A DNA stretch of 64,000 nt from Felis catus (lineage: Eukaryota), in contig NC_058373.1 of the NCBI RefSeq assembly GCF_018350175.1, positions 111,478,001-111,542,000 of the forward strand, read 5' to 3'. The notes under the pieces are model-generated. The model was not told the DNA's origin. It made no database searches and saw only the letters and a list, made by a program, of their open reading frames with translations. Position 1 is the first letter of the stretch; every line of letters starts with the position of its first letter. Below, piece after piece: positions 1 through 13,706 of the stretch. The position numbers and the translations under genes were made by a program.

Positions 1-599
1 GTTCTTTGGACTGTGATACACCAAATTTGAGACAATTTCTTTTCTAGATGTTTAGCTATAAGTGCCATAATTGTATAAAATCTCAACACAGCATATGAAG
101 CAAAGAGATCAAAACTGTAAACCTTAGAAGATGATTTTAAGTTCCTTTCTTTTTTTTTTACTTTTTCATTTCTGAAAAATAAGATGCCTGTTCCAGTTCA
201 ATGAGTATGATAATATCAAATCCGGGTAGAATAGTACATCTCATCTTGTCTTCATTTTTTAAGGTGAGATGGTTTATAGAATGGAGAATAAGTCATTTTG
301 TTAGATGTTGACTCCTTTCTAGAATAAAAATACGAATCTAGCAGTAAATCATTGTTATACTTTAAATGTTTAAAATATAAGAAAGGAATTAACAGAAACA
401 CTGAAACAAAATTAATACCACATACATGAATGATAGATAACATTTATAATTGGTATTTTAATTATTTCATGATGACATGTATATAAATAGTATTATTTAC
501 ATACATAAATACAATAATAATTTTGTATATGTTAGTCTAATGAAATTAATGGTTTCTCCTTTTATACATTGCCACTATGCTTAGGCTTTCCTTCATTGC

Positions 600-1160
600 A
601 CTCATTTATTCATTAGTCAACAGTATTTAGTGTCTGATAGGCACTGTTCTAGGCTTTGAGTGATACCAGTCAACAAAAGAGACAAATTATTGATCTTATG
701 AATCTTATATTCCAGTGGGGATACAGATACTAAACAAACAAATGTTTAATGATGATAAGTATTCTAGACAAAAGTAAGTACATCAGGAAAGGTGATAGGG
801 AATGTTGGAGTGGGGAGTGTACCATTTTTATGTAGAATGGTCAGGGAAAGTTTTATTGAGAAGGTAGTACTTGAGTTGTGACCCGAATTTGATGAGGAAA
901 GAACTATGGTGTATATTTGGGTAAGTGTGTTTCAGACAACAGGTTCAAAATCCCTGTGTTGGGTGTAGGCTCTGCATATTTTAGAACATAGGAAATTAGT
1001 TGTGTAATTATTTGTTTCATTTTTCCTTTCCCAGTAGATTCTGTGATCCACTAAAAAGGGGATTATCTCTCTTTTGTCATCATTGTATACTTGGCACTCA
1101 GTGTAGTGCCAAACACGTGGCAGGAGTGGGGCACTGGATAAATATGGATAAATTCATGAA
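600..1160. mobile_element. L2 LINE 3' fragments
   Basis: tcatttattcatt...caacagtatttag...ggcactgttctagg and agtgtagtgccaaacacgtggcagg motifs. Confidence 0.65.
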
Positions 1161-1959
1161 AGAAGAGGGAGAATTTTGAAGGAATTCCCCCACCCCACCC
1201 CACCCCTGCCTTTTAAAGTTCATACTATAAATATTTCAAGCTGCGGAAGTCTTTGTAGATCATAGGAAACAAGTGAGTTCTTTAGGTAGGTAGAATGATT
1301 CTTCCAAAGTCACTGTTAATTAGTAGTGTTCTTGTGATGGCAAAGATTTTATCTCTTATTCTTACTCTTAATAGGGATCCTTTTGTTTCAGATGTCTGGT
1401 CTAGACATGGGAAGATACTTGGCTGTGGAAAATCTTGCAGTAGAATCTGGAATCAGGTAGCTGGGTTGAATTGCCTTTTTGATACTTGCTGGCTGTGTGA
1501 CACCATTAACACCTTTAAATTAATTCATTAATCCACCTGTAAATGCCTTGATTTTCTTAATCTGTAAGACAGATATTGTTATTCCTATTCCAGTGTTCTT
1601 TACACTGGAACATTTTCTTTTGCATGATGGGATTTCCCATTAATCTTCTAATATACTATCATGTAGACATTCCCTCCCCCCTTTTTTAAAGGGAGTTATG
1701 ATTAAGAACATAGGACTTTAGAATCAGACATTAGATTCTCTGAAAGTTTACTTCTTAAAGTTACTTGTTAACAGTATCAAAGTTTTTATCTAACTAATGA
1801 GAGAATAATCAGGAGGACATAAGAATTGCTCCCAAGAATTGAGCATCAGGAGTTCATGTATTCATTTAGGAAAGGGATGCCATGATAAAATGACTAAGCT
1901 ACATAAAAGTCTGATTAACTTTTAAAAGAAGGAAGTCAGATCTCCTTGGGGATTTAATC

Positions 1960-2540
1960 CTTAGAAAACTTGGAATATAAAACATTTGAGTTCAATTTAG
2001 ATATCATCATGGTCTTTATCATCATTTTTAGTATCATCAAATTGGATTTCATCATCATCTCCAGTGCCAAATGTATCTGTTTCATTGATTTCAGCATATT
2101 TTGGAAGCTTGCCACATGCCTTCAGCTTTATACCTTCATCTGCATTGTATTTTAAAATTACATCAGCTTTGTTATCCTCATCATCTGGCAGACCAGTATA
2201 ATGTCTGAGGTATTTATTCAAATTATTTTCCTCATAAGACATAAGACATAAGACAAGTTCATAAGACATAACCTCTTCACACCACCAAGACACATTGCTT
2301 CTAATCGTACATTTCCCAACATTTTGATTACTGAATTATACTTATTCATCCTGTTTACACACCAGCTTTTTTCAGGGTCATTTTCACTCTTACCCCTGTA
2401 CCTGTTTTTACCCCTACCTTTATTCTTGGTCATGGCAATGCCTCATGGCATCATGGTCTCCTTTCCTGTGATGGCAGTGGCAGCTGTTCTTCCAAATGGC
2501 ACGTGGAATGACCTAGCATGTGGTGTGATGTAGCACTCTG
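1960..2540 (-). pseudogene. EIF1AX/EIF1A-like processed pseudogene (CDS remnant 2433 to 1997, frameshifted), with 5'UTR and partial 3'UTR remnants
   Basis: Minus-strand ORFs give [19 protein letters not shown]...[22 protein letters not shown] and [14 protein letters not shown]...[31 protein letters not shown]...DDI*, i.e. decayed eIF1A. It is intronless and has indels. UTR limits are approximate. Confidence 0.93.
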
Positions 2541-3481
2541 CAGGTGAGGGAGAGTTTTCAGACTGAGCTTTTCTGAGATGGACTCAGTGGCAGCAAATTT
2601 ATTTCCTTCCTCCTTCTCTTTCCATGTATATTAATGTGTTTAAGGTTTTCTAGGGCAGCTCTAGAGGTAACCTTTACTCTTGTACTTTCTTAGCCTCATT
2701 ACTAAGGTGGATCTCTCTTTGTGTCTTTACTGAATGCACCAAGGATTCAGTGGACTCTATCTTGCTTTTAAGAACTTGAATGATTCTTGGCCCTCTGTGA
2801 GCTCTCATATCATCAATAAAACCTGGTAATTTTTCTTTCCTAGAACGTGTTTTTGCTCAACCTTATGGATTTTCAGCCTATGCACATATAGATTGTTATT
2901 CAGGTAATTTAAGGGGAATCTCTCTCTCTCTCTCTTTTGGGTTTTCCCCTTCAACATACTGTAATTTCAAAAGTGCTTTCAGAAAGAATCCAGGTAATTA
3001 TAGGTCTCACCTCCCCCCCCCCCTTTTTTTTAGGAATCCTTTTGGTGCTGCCTGTTTTCCAAAGTCAGATACATAGTTTTTCCAGTTTTCTAGTTGTTTA
3101 CATTTGGAAGGTTAATTCTGGGTCCTATTACTGCCTTGTGGTGAAAGTAGAGATTTCTTAACACTTTTAAAATGAAGAATGATATTCTTAGCAAATGATA
3201 CATCCTGCTCATTTCAAATTGTGTTCAAATACCATTATGTGTAAAAATTCATTTTTAAATGTTGCTTAAATTAAATTGATCTTAGCAACAACATTTCTGT
3301 TATTCTTCCACACATAGCTGTAAATAAAAGCTGCCTTGGCTGCTTTTCATCTAATATTAGTTACCAGTCAACTGATGCATTAAATTAAAGTTGGTGTAAT
3401 TCTAATGATTTATAATAGCTGATTCCTTTTGGTACTTTTATGCCTCACTGAAGATCACTTGCTGTTTTATGGTACTTTTCT

Positions 3482-3578
3482 TTCTTCCTTCCTTCCTTCC
3501 TTCCTTCCTTCCTTCCTTCCTTCCTTCCTTCCTTCCTTCCTTCTTTCCTTCCTTCCTTCGAAGCTTCCTTCCTCCCTT
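3482..3578. repeat. (TTCC)n tetranucleotide microsatellite
   Basis: Seen directly. Confidence 0.97.
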
Positions 3579-3647
3579 TCTATCAGAATCAGTATAAAAA
3601 AGTCCCCTTAAAATAAATAGTAACTTTTTACTAATAAAAATATTTTT

Positions 3648-3845
3648 GGGGCACCTGGGTGGCCCAGTTGGTTTAAGTTCTTACACTTGATATTAGCTCA
3701 GGTCGTGAGCTCGTGGTGGTGGGATCGAGCCCCATGTCTGGCTTTGCACTGGGCGTGGAGCCTGCTTGGGATTCTCTTCCTTCCATTCTCTCTCTCTTCC
3801 CCTCCCCTGCTTTCTGTCTCTCTCAAAAATAAATAAATAAACACT
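3648..3845 (+). mobile_element. CanSINE
   Basis: tRNA-like head, CT tract, AATAAA tail; TSD TAAAAATATTTTT. Confidence 0.93.
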
Positions 3846-4954
3846 AAAAATATTTTTAAAATGTCTTGTTTCATCTATTAAGGATACACTGAAATAGTAT
3901 AAGTTCAGTACTGCTCATTATTTCTTTAAAATTCCTTCAATGAGTTTTAAAACATTGGTAATTGGAAATAGAGTATAAACTTGAACTGATATGAAGTTAA
4001 TTGAGAATGTCTCATTAAGTCTGGAATAATGAAAAAAAGGATGTGCTTGATGAAGAACAGTATATTGAGCTGAAAAAAATTTTTATAGGACTTGAGGTCC
4101 TTAGGAAAGAGTGAATGACTGACATGCTTATGTTGATTCAGTTGGTGACATGAGCTTAATTCTTTATCATTAATACTTACAGTATTTCATTTACTGTACT
4201 ACATGCAAGGTATTCCATCTGATAGTCATTATGTGTCTATGCTGTTCTTGGAAGACAGACTTGCAATTCTTAGGGGAGTATTTGAAAATGAGCCAGTAGT
4301 AGCATTGTGATTTATATGTTGTATGCTCAGGCTTAACACAGGCATTTTTGATTGGCATTAGAATTATACATCATAAATATTAAGAAAAAAATACTTAAGA
4401 AATGTATAGCCATAATATACATATGTCTCAGAAGATGAGGGTCAAGGTTGTAATTATAGGTGAGAGAACTATAAATTCCTGAGTTCTGACAGATGGCAAA
4501 AAAATGTCTGATTCTGTTACTTTTTATTATTTCTTAAAAACTTTTTCTGATGTCTTTAAAAATTACTGCTTTTAGATATATCCTTTGAATGTGGTGTAGA
4601 AGGCTGTTTACTCTTTCGTTTTTTGACAGCAGATGTAAAATACAGACATCTAATTATTCAAGATCTTTTAGATACGAATGATTATTCAAACTAATGTAGT
4701 TACTAGAAAAATTTGCCAAAGCTGCTTTTATTTTGGTCTGTTACTAAAAGAGATGCGTCACCTGTAGTGTTGCCTAGGCAGCACGGATGCACTGCACTTC
4801 ATCCTCCTAAACTGGTTATCGCTGAAATTTATGGATTATGTTTGTTATTTTGATAGTGTTGTTCTCTTGTAACTTTGCCCCTAAAGAGTAATGATCCCTT
4901 GGTCAGTCAAACCATATTGCTTTGATTCATTTGGAATCAAAAAGATAGATCTGT

Positions 4955-5232
4955 GAATCTTGACTCCTGGTTTTGTGACCTTAGGCAAGTTACTTAACCT
5001 CTGCTGGTTTATTTGATATTATTATAGTATAGAAGTTAATTGAGTGGGCTCTGGAGTGTTTGTGAGGACATGCATTCTAGCTGTGCTACTTATAAGCTAT
5101 GTGACTTTGGGCAAGTTACTAACTTTATTGCCTTCTCTTCCTCATCTACAGATAATAATAGTACTTATCTGTAAAATGCTGTGAGTAAGCCTGGCACATA
5201 CTAAATACTCAATAAATGCTTGCTATTGTTAT
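4955..5232 (+). mobile_element. MIR fragments
   Basis: Core motif tgtgaccttaggcaagttacttaacctct, present twice. Confidence 0.75.
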
Positions 5233-5812
5233 TTTCTATAAATGAACAAAAATAACATAATAGGGTTATTATGAGGCCTGACTGAATAAATAGATCACTT
5301 TGCATGGGGACCTACTACATGTTCAGTATATGAGGTACTCTAATGGATTGATGGTAATTTTGATCATGCAGTAATTGTGTCTGTGGAATAAGATCCAAGA
5401 TTTATAAGAAAAGATACCACACTGGAGCTCCATTGATTTGCTAATTGGTTAAGACACAGAGTGAGTTCCAGCATTCTATTAGGTCACTTGTACAAAACAG
5501 ATCAACTTTTATATTCCAGATGATGCACAAGATGTGGTAGATGAAAAATCCTATCCAATAAGACTTCAGAATTGTAATCTTAACTATATCTATCGTAGTA
5601 TCAGTATAGTTTGGGATTGGCCACATGCCATAGATGGCCAAGGAAGTAAAAGCATTTAGTGGGGAAAGCTTTTACATTAGCTGAATTGATTAAAGATACG
5701 ATACAAAACTTCTCCCAATATCAAGGGTTACTCAGAAGATGTGAAAAATGAATAGGGATGTATGATGCAGGCTGCTAGTATTCTACTCAAACTTAAAATC
5801 TGTTTTTCTCTT

Positions 5813-6039
5813 TTTAAAAAAAAATTTTTTTAATGTTTATTTATTTTTGAGACAGAGAGAGATAGAGCATGAACAGGGGAGGGTCAGAGAGAGAGGGAGA
5901 CACAGAATCAGAAGCAGGCTCCAGGCTCCGAGCTGTCAGCACAGAGCCTGACGCAGGGCTTGAACTCATGGACCGGACCGTGAGATCATGACCTGAGCCG
6001 AAGTCGGACACTTAACCGACTGAGCCACCCAGGCGCCCC
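5813..6039 (-). mobile_element. CanSINE (SINEC_Fc-type)
   Basis: TSD CTGTTTTTCTCTT at 5800 and 6040. Confidence 0.95.
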
Positions 6040-7092
6040 CTGTTTTTCTCTTCTATACTAATAGAATTTTTTTTGTTTTTGTTTTTTTTTTTTCCTTAAA
6101 GGTAGGCATATTGAAGCTTTGAAGGAAGGGCTATTTCCTAGCTGAGTGACTAAGTACTGGCAAAAGAGATAAAAGCAGAAGTATTATGTGTGTGTGTGTG
6201 CTTGTAAAGGTCAATAACTCAGCTGGAGGTGATCCCATTTTGTCATTCAGTTTCTCCTTTTTGACCTTTATTGTAGGCATGATAAATAGAGCTTTAGCAA
6301 ACATTTTGGACTGTGAGGTGATCTCGATGATGGAAGCTGGGGATGGAGAATGGTAGAAGAGAAAGTTAGAAACTTGGGTCCCTGAGGATACTGTGCAAAC
6401 ACCATCTCTACATGGCTAATCTTTAGACAATATTTACAAAAGAAAAAGTAAACCTCAATCTTGTTTAGCCAAGCTGCTGTTGTGTTGGGGTATTCTGTAA
6501 TGTGCAAAACCATATCCTTATACTGAGGGGAAACAGTATAAATAAGAAAGTACTATTGAGGTTTAATGGTTTGTGTTAGGGGTGTGTGTGTAGAGGGGAT
6601 TGAAAATACAAAGAGAATTGGAGACTAACACTAACTGACTAAGGGATTGTGGATCTATGTTGATCATACTGGTGAAATTTTATTAGCTTAATAGGAAATA
6701 ATGAAACTTACTTTATGGGAAAAAAGAAAATATTTAATAGTTCAGTGACATGTGAATAATTATCAAATCACGTTTTGTTGGATATTGGGGGTAGTTAGAA
6801 GAACTGGTGAAAATTGATGGGTGGGCCATAAGTCATTCTTGTCTTTAGAATATTAACATCTTTTTATAGGTTACTGTTGTTGGCTTGTGCTATTGTTAAA
6901 TGATGTATATATAACTTTGTAGTTTTTTTTTTTTCTACTGGTAAGTTCCTTTTTGTTAATGACGCTTCAAGTGTCTTCTCTCAAAATTTTGGATTGACAA
7001 ATGTGAAAAAAGTGTTAGAGAACATTGAATTAGCCATTTTCTGTGGAAGAGGTTGAGAAAAGATTTTGGAGCCTACACAGCAAATCACTGTG

Positions 7093-7279
7093 TTTTTTTA
7101 ATTAATTAATTAATTAATTATTTTTTTAGAGAGAGACGGAGAGCACAAGCAGGGGAAAGGGGCAGAGGGAAAGAGAGAGAATCCTAAGCAGGCCCCTTGC
7201 TCAGCGCGGAGCCTGACACGAGGTTTGATCCCATGACTCTGGGATCGGACACTCAACTAACTATCTACCCAGGTACCCC
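7093..7279 (-). mobile_element. Older CanSINE
   Basis: SINE body with a (TTAA)n tail. Confidence 0.85.
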
Positions 7280-7644
7280 ATATTCATTCACTTCTTTACA
7301 TAAAGAAGATTCCAAAAAAATTATATATGCACTCATACTTGGGCTCTCACATTTTAATGGTTTCTGTGACACCACAATAATTGATTTGACACATTTAATT
7401 CAGTAGCTTTGGATGGAAAAATGTTTAGATGCCTTAGTTGAGAATTTTACAATTTCTTAGTCATGTTGCCCAATCTTTGTTTTAGTTTTATTTGGATAGT
7501 ATGGAATAACAGGTCTAGAAAGACTGCAGAAGGTGGTATGTTTCATTGTAATTTATTAGACGTGCTATATATTCTCTACCTTTGTTTTTACCTTGTGGAT
7601 CTATTCATTCCTTTCCATTTATCTCTGATTAATTTTTATTTAAA

Positions 7645-7863
7645 AAATTTTTTAATTTGCTCTTTAATGTTTATTTTTGAGAGAGAGAGAGACAGAGCAT
7701 GAGTGGGGAAGGAGCAGAGAGAGAGGGAGACACAGAATCCAAAGCAGGTTCCAGGCTGTGAGCTGTCAGTACAGAGCCTGAAGTGGTGCTCAAACCCATG
7801 AACAGTGAGATCATGACCTGATCTCAGGTTGGTGCTTAACCGACTGAGCCACCCAGGGGCCCC
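7645..7863 (-). mobile_element. CanSINE
   Basis: TSD TTAATTTTTATTTAAA. Confidence 0.93.
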
Positions 7864-8833
7864 TGTTTAATTTTTATTTAAAGGTTAATAAATATTAATT
7901 ACAGTACATACTTTACTCATGTCACTTTTTGTCACCTTATTTCTTTTTTTATCTTTATTTTTAGATTTTCCTAGGAGGTACATAGAACTCGAGTGGTGTG
8001 GAAAATAACTACATACCCTCAAATCTCCCTTCTATGGGATAGAACATCATCTTCAATAATAAGTTCCCTTTGGTGATGGCAATATAATATTCCATTATAT
8101 AATCATTAGTTTTTTAGTCTTTAGTACATGTTCACTAATACATATTTAATATTTTTTTTGGCCAATTTTCCCATAATTAAACAATTAATAATATACACAA
8201 CTGAATTGTGCACTTTAAATGAGTAAATTATGATGTGTGAATTATATTTCAATAAGGATGTTAATACTTTACAAATATAATTTTCCTTCCCCTTTAAATC
8301 CTTCTTTGGAAAAATGGAAGAATTTAAGAAGAAAGGAAATAACGTGTCCTCAACTAGGAGTGGTGACAGCTATAGCAATTGCGTTCTTTTCTCTAAAGCA
8401 CCCTGAATGTTTAGGGTAAGGTTCTATGTTGGACATTTTGGGCATCTTGGCATTTGCTGGCACTGGAAAGATTTGACAAGGGAGAACTGGGAATTTGTTA
8501 CATAAATAGTAACTATTATTAAATACTTTAATTTGGTGTCTACTTGGCACAGGACATTGCTGTCGTGCTATTTTTTTGTTTGTCGTTTCACTTTTTTTTA
8601 ATTTTATTTTTTTAAAATTTACATCCAAATTAATTAGCATATAGTGCAACAGTGATTTCAGTAGATTCCTTAGTGCTCCTTACCCATTTAGCCCATCCCC
8701 CCTCCCACACTCCCTCCAGTAGCCCTCTGTTTGTCCTCCATGTTTATGAATCTCTTCTGTTTTGTCCCCCTCCCTGTTTATATTATTTTTGTATCCCTTC
8801 CCTTATGTTCACCTGTTTTGTCTCTTAAAGTCC

Positions 8834-11800
8834 TCATGTGAGTGAATTCATATGATTTTTGTCTTTCACTGACTGACTAATTTTACTTAGCATGATACCC
8901 TCCAGTTCCATCCATGTAGTTGTAAATGGTAAGATTTCATTCTTTTTGATTGCCAAGTAATACTCCATTGTATATGTATACACCACATCTTCTTTATCCA
9001 TTCATCCATCAATGGACATTTGGGTTCTTTCCGTACTTTGGCTATTGTTGATAGCACTGCTATAAACATTGGGGTGCATGTGTCCCTTCAAAACAGCACA
9101 CCTGTATCCCTTGGATACCTAGTAGTACAATTGCTGGGTTGTAGGGTAGTTCTATTTTTAGTTTTTTGAGGAACCCCCATATTGTTTTCCAGAGTGGCTG
9201 CACCAGCTTGTCTTCCCACCAACAATGCAAAAGAGATCCTCTTTCTCCGCATCCTTGCCAACATCTGTTGTTGCCTGAGTTGTTAATGTTAGCAATTCTG
9301 ACAGGTGTAATGTGGCATCTCATTGTGGTTTTGATTTGTATTTCCCTGATGATGAGTGATGTTGAGCATTTTTTCATGTGTCAGTTGGCTATCTGGATGT
9401 CTTGTTTGGAGAAGTGTCTATTCTTGTCTTTTGCCCATTTCTTCACTGGATTCTTTGTTTTTTAAGTGTTGAGCTTGATAAGTTCTTTGTAGATTTTGGA
9501 TAGTAACCATTTATCTGATAGGCCTTTTGCAAATATCTTCTCCCATTCTGTTGGTTGCCTTTTAGTTTTGCTGATTGTTTCCTTCGCTGTGCAGAAGCTT
9601 TTTATTTGATGAAAATATTAGAAGATATTTTATTTTTTTTTGATGAGGTCCCAGTAGTTCATTTTTGCTTTTGTTTCCCTTTGCCTCTGGAGATGCGTTG
9701 AGTAAGAAGTTGCTGCGGCCAAGATCAAAGAGGTTTTTGCTTGCTTTCTCCTCGAGGATTTTGATGGTTTCCTGTCTTACATTTAGGTCTCTCATCCATT
9801 TTGAGTTTATTTTTGTGTATAGTGTAAGAAAAGTGGTCCAGGTTCATTCTTCTGCTTGTCGCTGTCCAGTTTTCCCAGCCCCACGTGCTGAAGAGGCTGC
9901 CTTTATTCCATTGGATATTCTTTCCTGCTTTGTCAAAGATTAGTTGGTCATATGTTTGTGGGTCCATTTCTGGGTTCTCTATTCTGTTCCATTGATCTGA
10001 GTGTCTGTTCTTGTGCCAGTACCATACTGTCTTGATGATTACAGCTTTGTAGTATAGCTTGAAGTCTGGGATCGTGATGCCTCCTGCTTTGGTTTTCTTT
10101 TTCAAGATTGCTTTGGCTATTCGGGGTCTTTTCTGGTTCCATAAAAATTTTAGGATTATTTGTTGTAGCTCTGTGAAGAATGCTGGTGTTATTTTGATAG
10201 GGATTGCATTGAATATGTAGATTGCTTTGGGTAATATCAACATTTTAACAATATTTGTTCTTCCTATCCAGGAGCATGGAATCTTTTTCCATTTTTTTGT
10301 GTCTTCTTCAATTTTTTCATAAGCTTTCTACAGTTTTCAGTGTATAGATTTTCACCTCTTTGGTTAGATTTATTCCTAGGTATTTTATGGTTTTTGATGC
10401 AATTGTAAATGGTATTGATTCCTTGATTTCTCTTTCTGTTGCTTCATTATTGGTGTATAGGAATGCAGCCAATTTCTTTGTGTTGATTTTATATCCTGCA
10501 ACTTTGCTGAATTCATGAATCAGTTCTAGCAGTTTTTTGGTGGAATCTTTTGAGTTTTCCATATAGAGTATCATGTCATTTGCAAAGAGTGAAAGTTTGA
10601 TCTCCTGGATGATTTGGATGTCTTTTATTTCTCTGTGTTGTCTGGTTTCAGAAGCTAAGACTTCCCATACTGTGTTGAATAACGGTGGAGAGACTGGACC
10701 TCCCTGTCTTGTTCCTGACCTTAGGGAAAAAACTCTCAGTTTTTCCCCATTGAAGATACTAGCGTTGGGTCATTCATATATGGCTTTTATGATCTTGAGG
10801 TATGATCCTTCTATCCCTACTTTCTTGAGGGTTTTTATCAAGAAAGGATGTTGTATTTTGTATTTTATCAAGAAAGCATGTTGTATCATGCTTTCTCTGC
10901 ATCTATTGAAAGGATCATATGGTTCTTGTCCTTTCTTTTATTGATATGATGAATCATGTTAGTTGTTTTGCAGATATTGAACCAGGCCTGCATCCAGGTA
11001 TAAATCCTACTTGGTCGTGGTGAATAATTTTTGTAATGTATTGTTGGTTCTGGTTGCCTAATATCTTGTTGAGGATTTTTGCATCCATTTTCATCAGGGA
11101 AATTGGTCTATAGTTCTCCTTTTTAGTGGGGTCTCTGTCTTGTTTTGGAATCAACGTAATGCTGGCTTCATAGAATGAGTTTGGGTTTTCCTTCCATTTC
11201 TATTTTTTGGAACACCTTCAAGAGATTAGGTGATAACTCTTCCTTAGATGTTTGGTAGAATTTCCCTGGCCCTGGACTCTTGTTTTTTTTTTTTTTTTTT
11301 TTTTTTTTTTTGGATTTTTGATTACTAATTCGATTTCCTTACTGGGTATTGGTCTGTTCAAATTTTCTATTTCTTTTTGTTTCAGTTTTGGTAGTGTGTA
11401 TGTTTCAAGGAATTTGTCCATTTCTTCCAGATTGCCTATTTTATTGGCATGTAATTGCTCATAATATTCTCTTATTATTTTTTTTATTTCTGCTGTGTTG
11501 GTTGTGATCTCTCCTCTTTCATTCTTGATTTTATTTATTTGGGTCCTTTCCTTTTTCTTTTTGATCAAACTGGCTAGTGGTTTATCAGTTTTGTTAATTC
11601 TTTCAAAGAACCAGCTTCTGGTTTCATTGATCTGTTCTGTTTTTTTTGGTTTCGATAGCATTAATTTCTGCTCTGATCTTTATTATTTCCTGTCTTCTGC
11701 TGGTTTTGGGATTTATTTGCTGTTTTTTTCCCAGCTCTTTCAGGCGTAAGGTTAGGTTGTGTATCTGAGATCTTTCTTCCTTCTTTAGGAAGGCCTGGAT

Positions 11801-12706
11801 TGCTATATGCTTTCCTCTTTGCTGTGTGTCCCAGAGGTTTTGGGTTGTGGTGTTATCATTTTCATTGGCTTCCATGAACTTTTTAATTTCCTCTTTAACT
11901 TCTTGGTTAGCCCATTCGTTCTTTAGTAGGATGTTCTTTAGTCTCCAAGTATTTGTTACCTTTCCAAATTTTTTCTTGTGGTTGATTTTGAGTTTCATAA
12001 CGTTGTGGTCTGAAAATATGCACGATATGATCTCGATCTTTTTGTACTTGCTGAGGGCTTATTTGTGTCCCAGTATGTGGTCTGTTCTGGAAAATGTTCC
12101 ATGTGCACTGGAGAAGAATGTATATTCTACTGCTTTAGGATGAAATGTTCTGAATATATCTGTTAAGTCCATCTGGTCCAGTGTGTCATTCAAAGCCATT
12201 GTTTCATTGTTGATTTTTTTATTAGATGATCTGTCCATTGTTGTGAGTGGGGTATTGAAGTCTCCTACTATTATGGTATTACTATCAATGAGTTTCTTTG
12301 CGATTAATTGATTTATATATTTGTGTGCTGCCAAATTTGGCGCATAAATGTTTACAATTGTCAGGTCTTCTTGGTGGATAGACCCCTTGATTATGATATA
12401 ATGCCCTTCTGCATCTCTTGATACAGTCTTTATTTTAAAGTCTAGATTGTCTGATATAAGTATGGCTACTCCGGCTTTCTTTTGTTGACCATTAGCATGA
12501 TAGGTGGTTCTCCATCCCCTTACTTTCAATCTGAAGGTGTCTTACTTTCAATCTGAAGGTGTCTTTAGGTCTATAGTGGGTCTCTTGTAAACAGCATATA
12601 GATGGATCTTGTTTTCTTATCCATTCTGTTACCCTGTGTCTTTTGATTGGAGCATTGAGTCCATTGACGTTTAGAGTGAGTCTGAAAGATATGAATTTAT
12701 TGCCAT
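8834..12706 (-). pseudogene. L1 ORF2p remnant (endonuclease, RT, Cys-rich domain)
   Basis: Endonuclease motifs (GVAILISD, GDFNTPL, DHILGHK), RT region ([19 protein letters not shown]) and [17 protein letters not shown]. Broken into many frames. Confidence 0.93.
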
Positions 12707-12824
12707 TATGTTGCTTGTAGAGTTGGAGTTTCTGGTGGTGTTCTCTTGTCCTTTCTAATCTTTGTTGCTTTTGGTAGTTATCTATCTATGTATCTATGTA
12801 TCTATCTATCTATCTTTTCTCCCC

Positions 12825-13706
12825 TTAGAGAGTCCCCCTTAAAATTTCTTGCAGGGCTGGTTTAGTGGTCATAAACTCCTTTAATTTTTGTTTGGGAAAC
12901 TTTTTATTTCTCCTTCTGTTTTGAATGACAGCCTTGCTGGATAAAGAATTATTGGCTTCATATTTTTCTGACTCAGCACATTGAATATATCCTGCCACTC
13001 CTTTCTGGCCTGCCAAGTTTCTGTGGATAGTTCTGCTGCAAACCTGATCTGTCTTCCCTTGTAGGTTAAGGACTTCTTTTCCCTTGCTGCTTTCATGATT
13101 CTTTCCTTGCCTGAGTATTTTTGAATTTGACTATGATATGCCTTGTTGATGGTTGGTTTTTGTTGAATCTAATGGGGGTCCTCTGTGCTTCCTGGATTTT
13201 GATGTCTGTGTCTTTCCCCAGGTTAGAAAAGTTTTCCACTATGATTTACTTGCTCACATAACCCTTCTGCCCCTATTTTTCTGTCTTCCTCTTCTGGGAC
13301 CCCTGTGATTCAGATGTTGTTCCTTTTAAATGAGTCACCGATTTTTCTAATTCTTAAATTGTGCTTTTTTTGCCTTAATCTCCCTCTTTTTTTCTGCTTC
13401 ATTATTTTCCATAAGTTTGTCCTGTATATTGCTGATTCTCTCTTCTGCCTCATCCATCCTTGCCTCTGCGGCATCCATCCATGATTGCAGCTCAGTTTTA
13501 GCATTTTTTATTTCATCCTGACTAGTTTTTACTTCTTTTATCTCCGTAGAAAGGGATTCTAATCTATTTTTGACTCCAACTAGTATTCTTATTATCATGA
13601 TTCTAAATTCTGGTTCATACATCTTGCTTGTGTCTGTGTTGGTTAAGTCCCAGGCTGTCGTTTCTTCCTGCTCTTTGTTTTGGGGTGAATTCCTTCATTT
13701 CATCAT
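12825..13706 (-). pseudogene. L1 ORF1p remnant
   Basis: Fragments EPEFRIMIIRIL..., MKAAREKKSLTYKGRQIR..., YPARLSFK..., TKPALQEILRGTL*. Starts ATG ATG AAA TGA (premature stop) and has frameshifts. Confidence 0.9.

Noticed and set aside
1588..1610. 9-bp-arm inverted repeat (similar ones at 4921-4941 and 55653-55674)
   Set aside because: Short arms in AT-rich DNA; a few are expected by chance in 64 kb.
1997..2433. Functional eIF1A retrogene
   Set aside because: Frameshifts, deletions and loss of conserved motifs.
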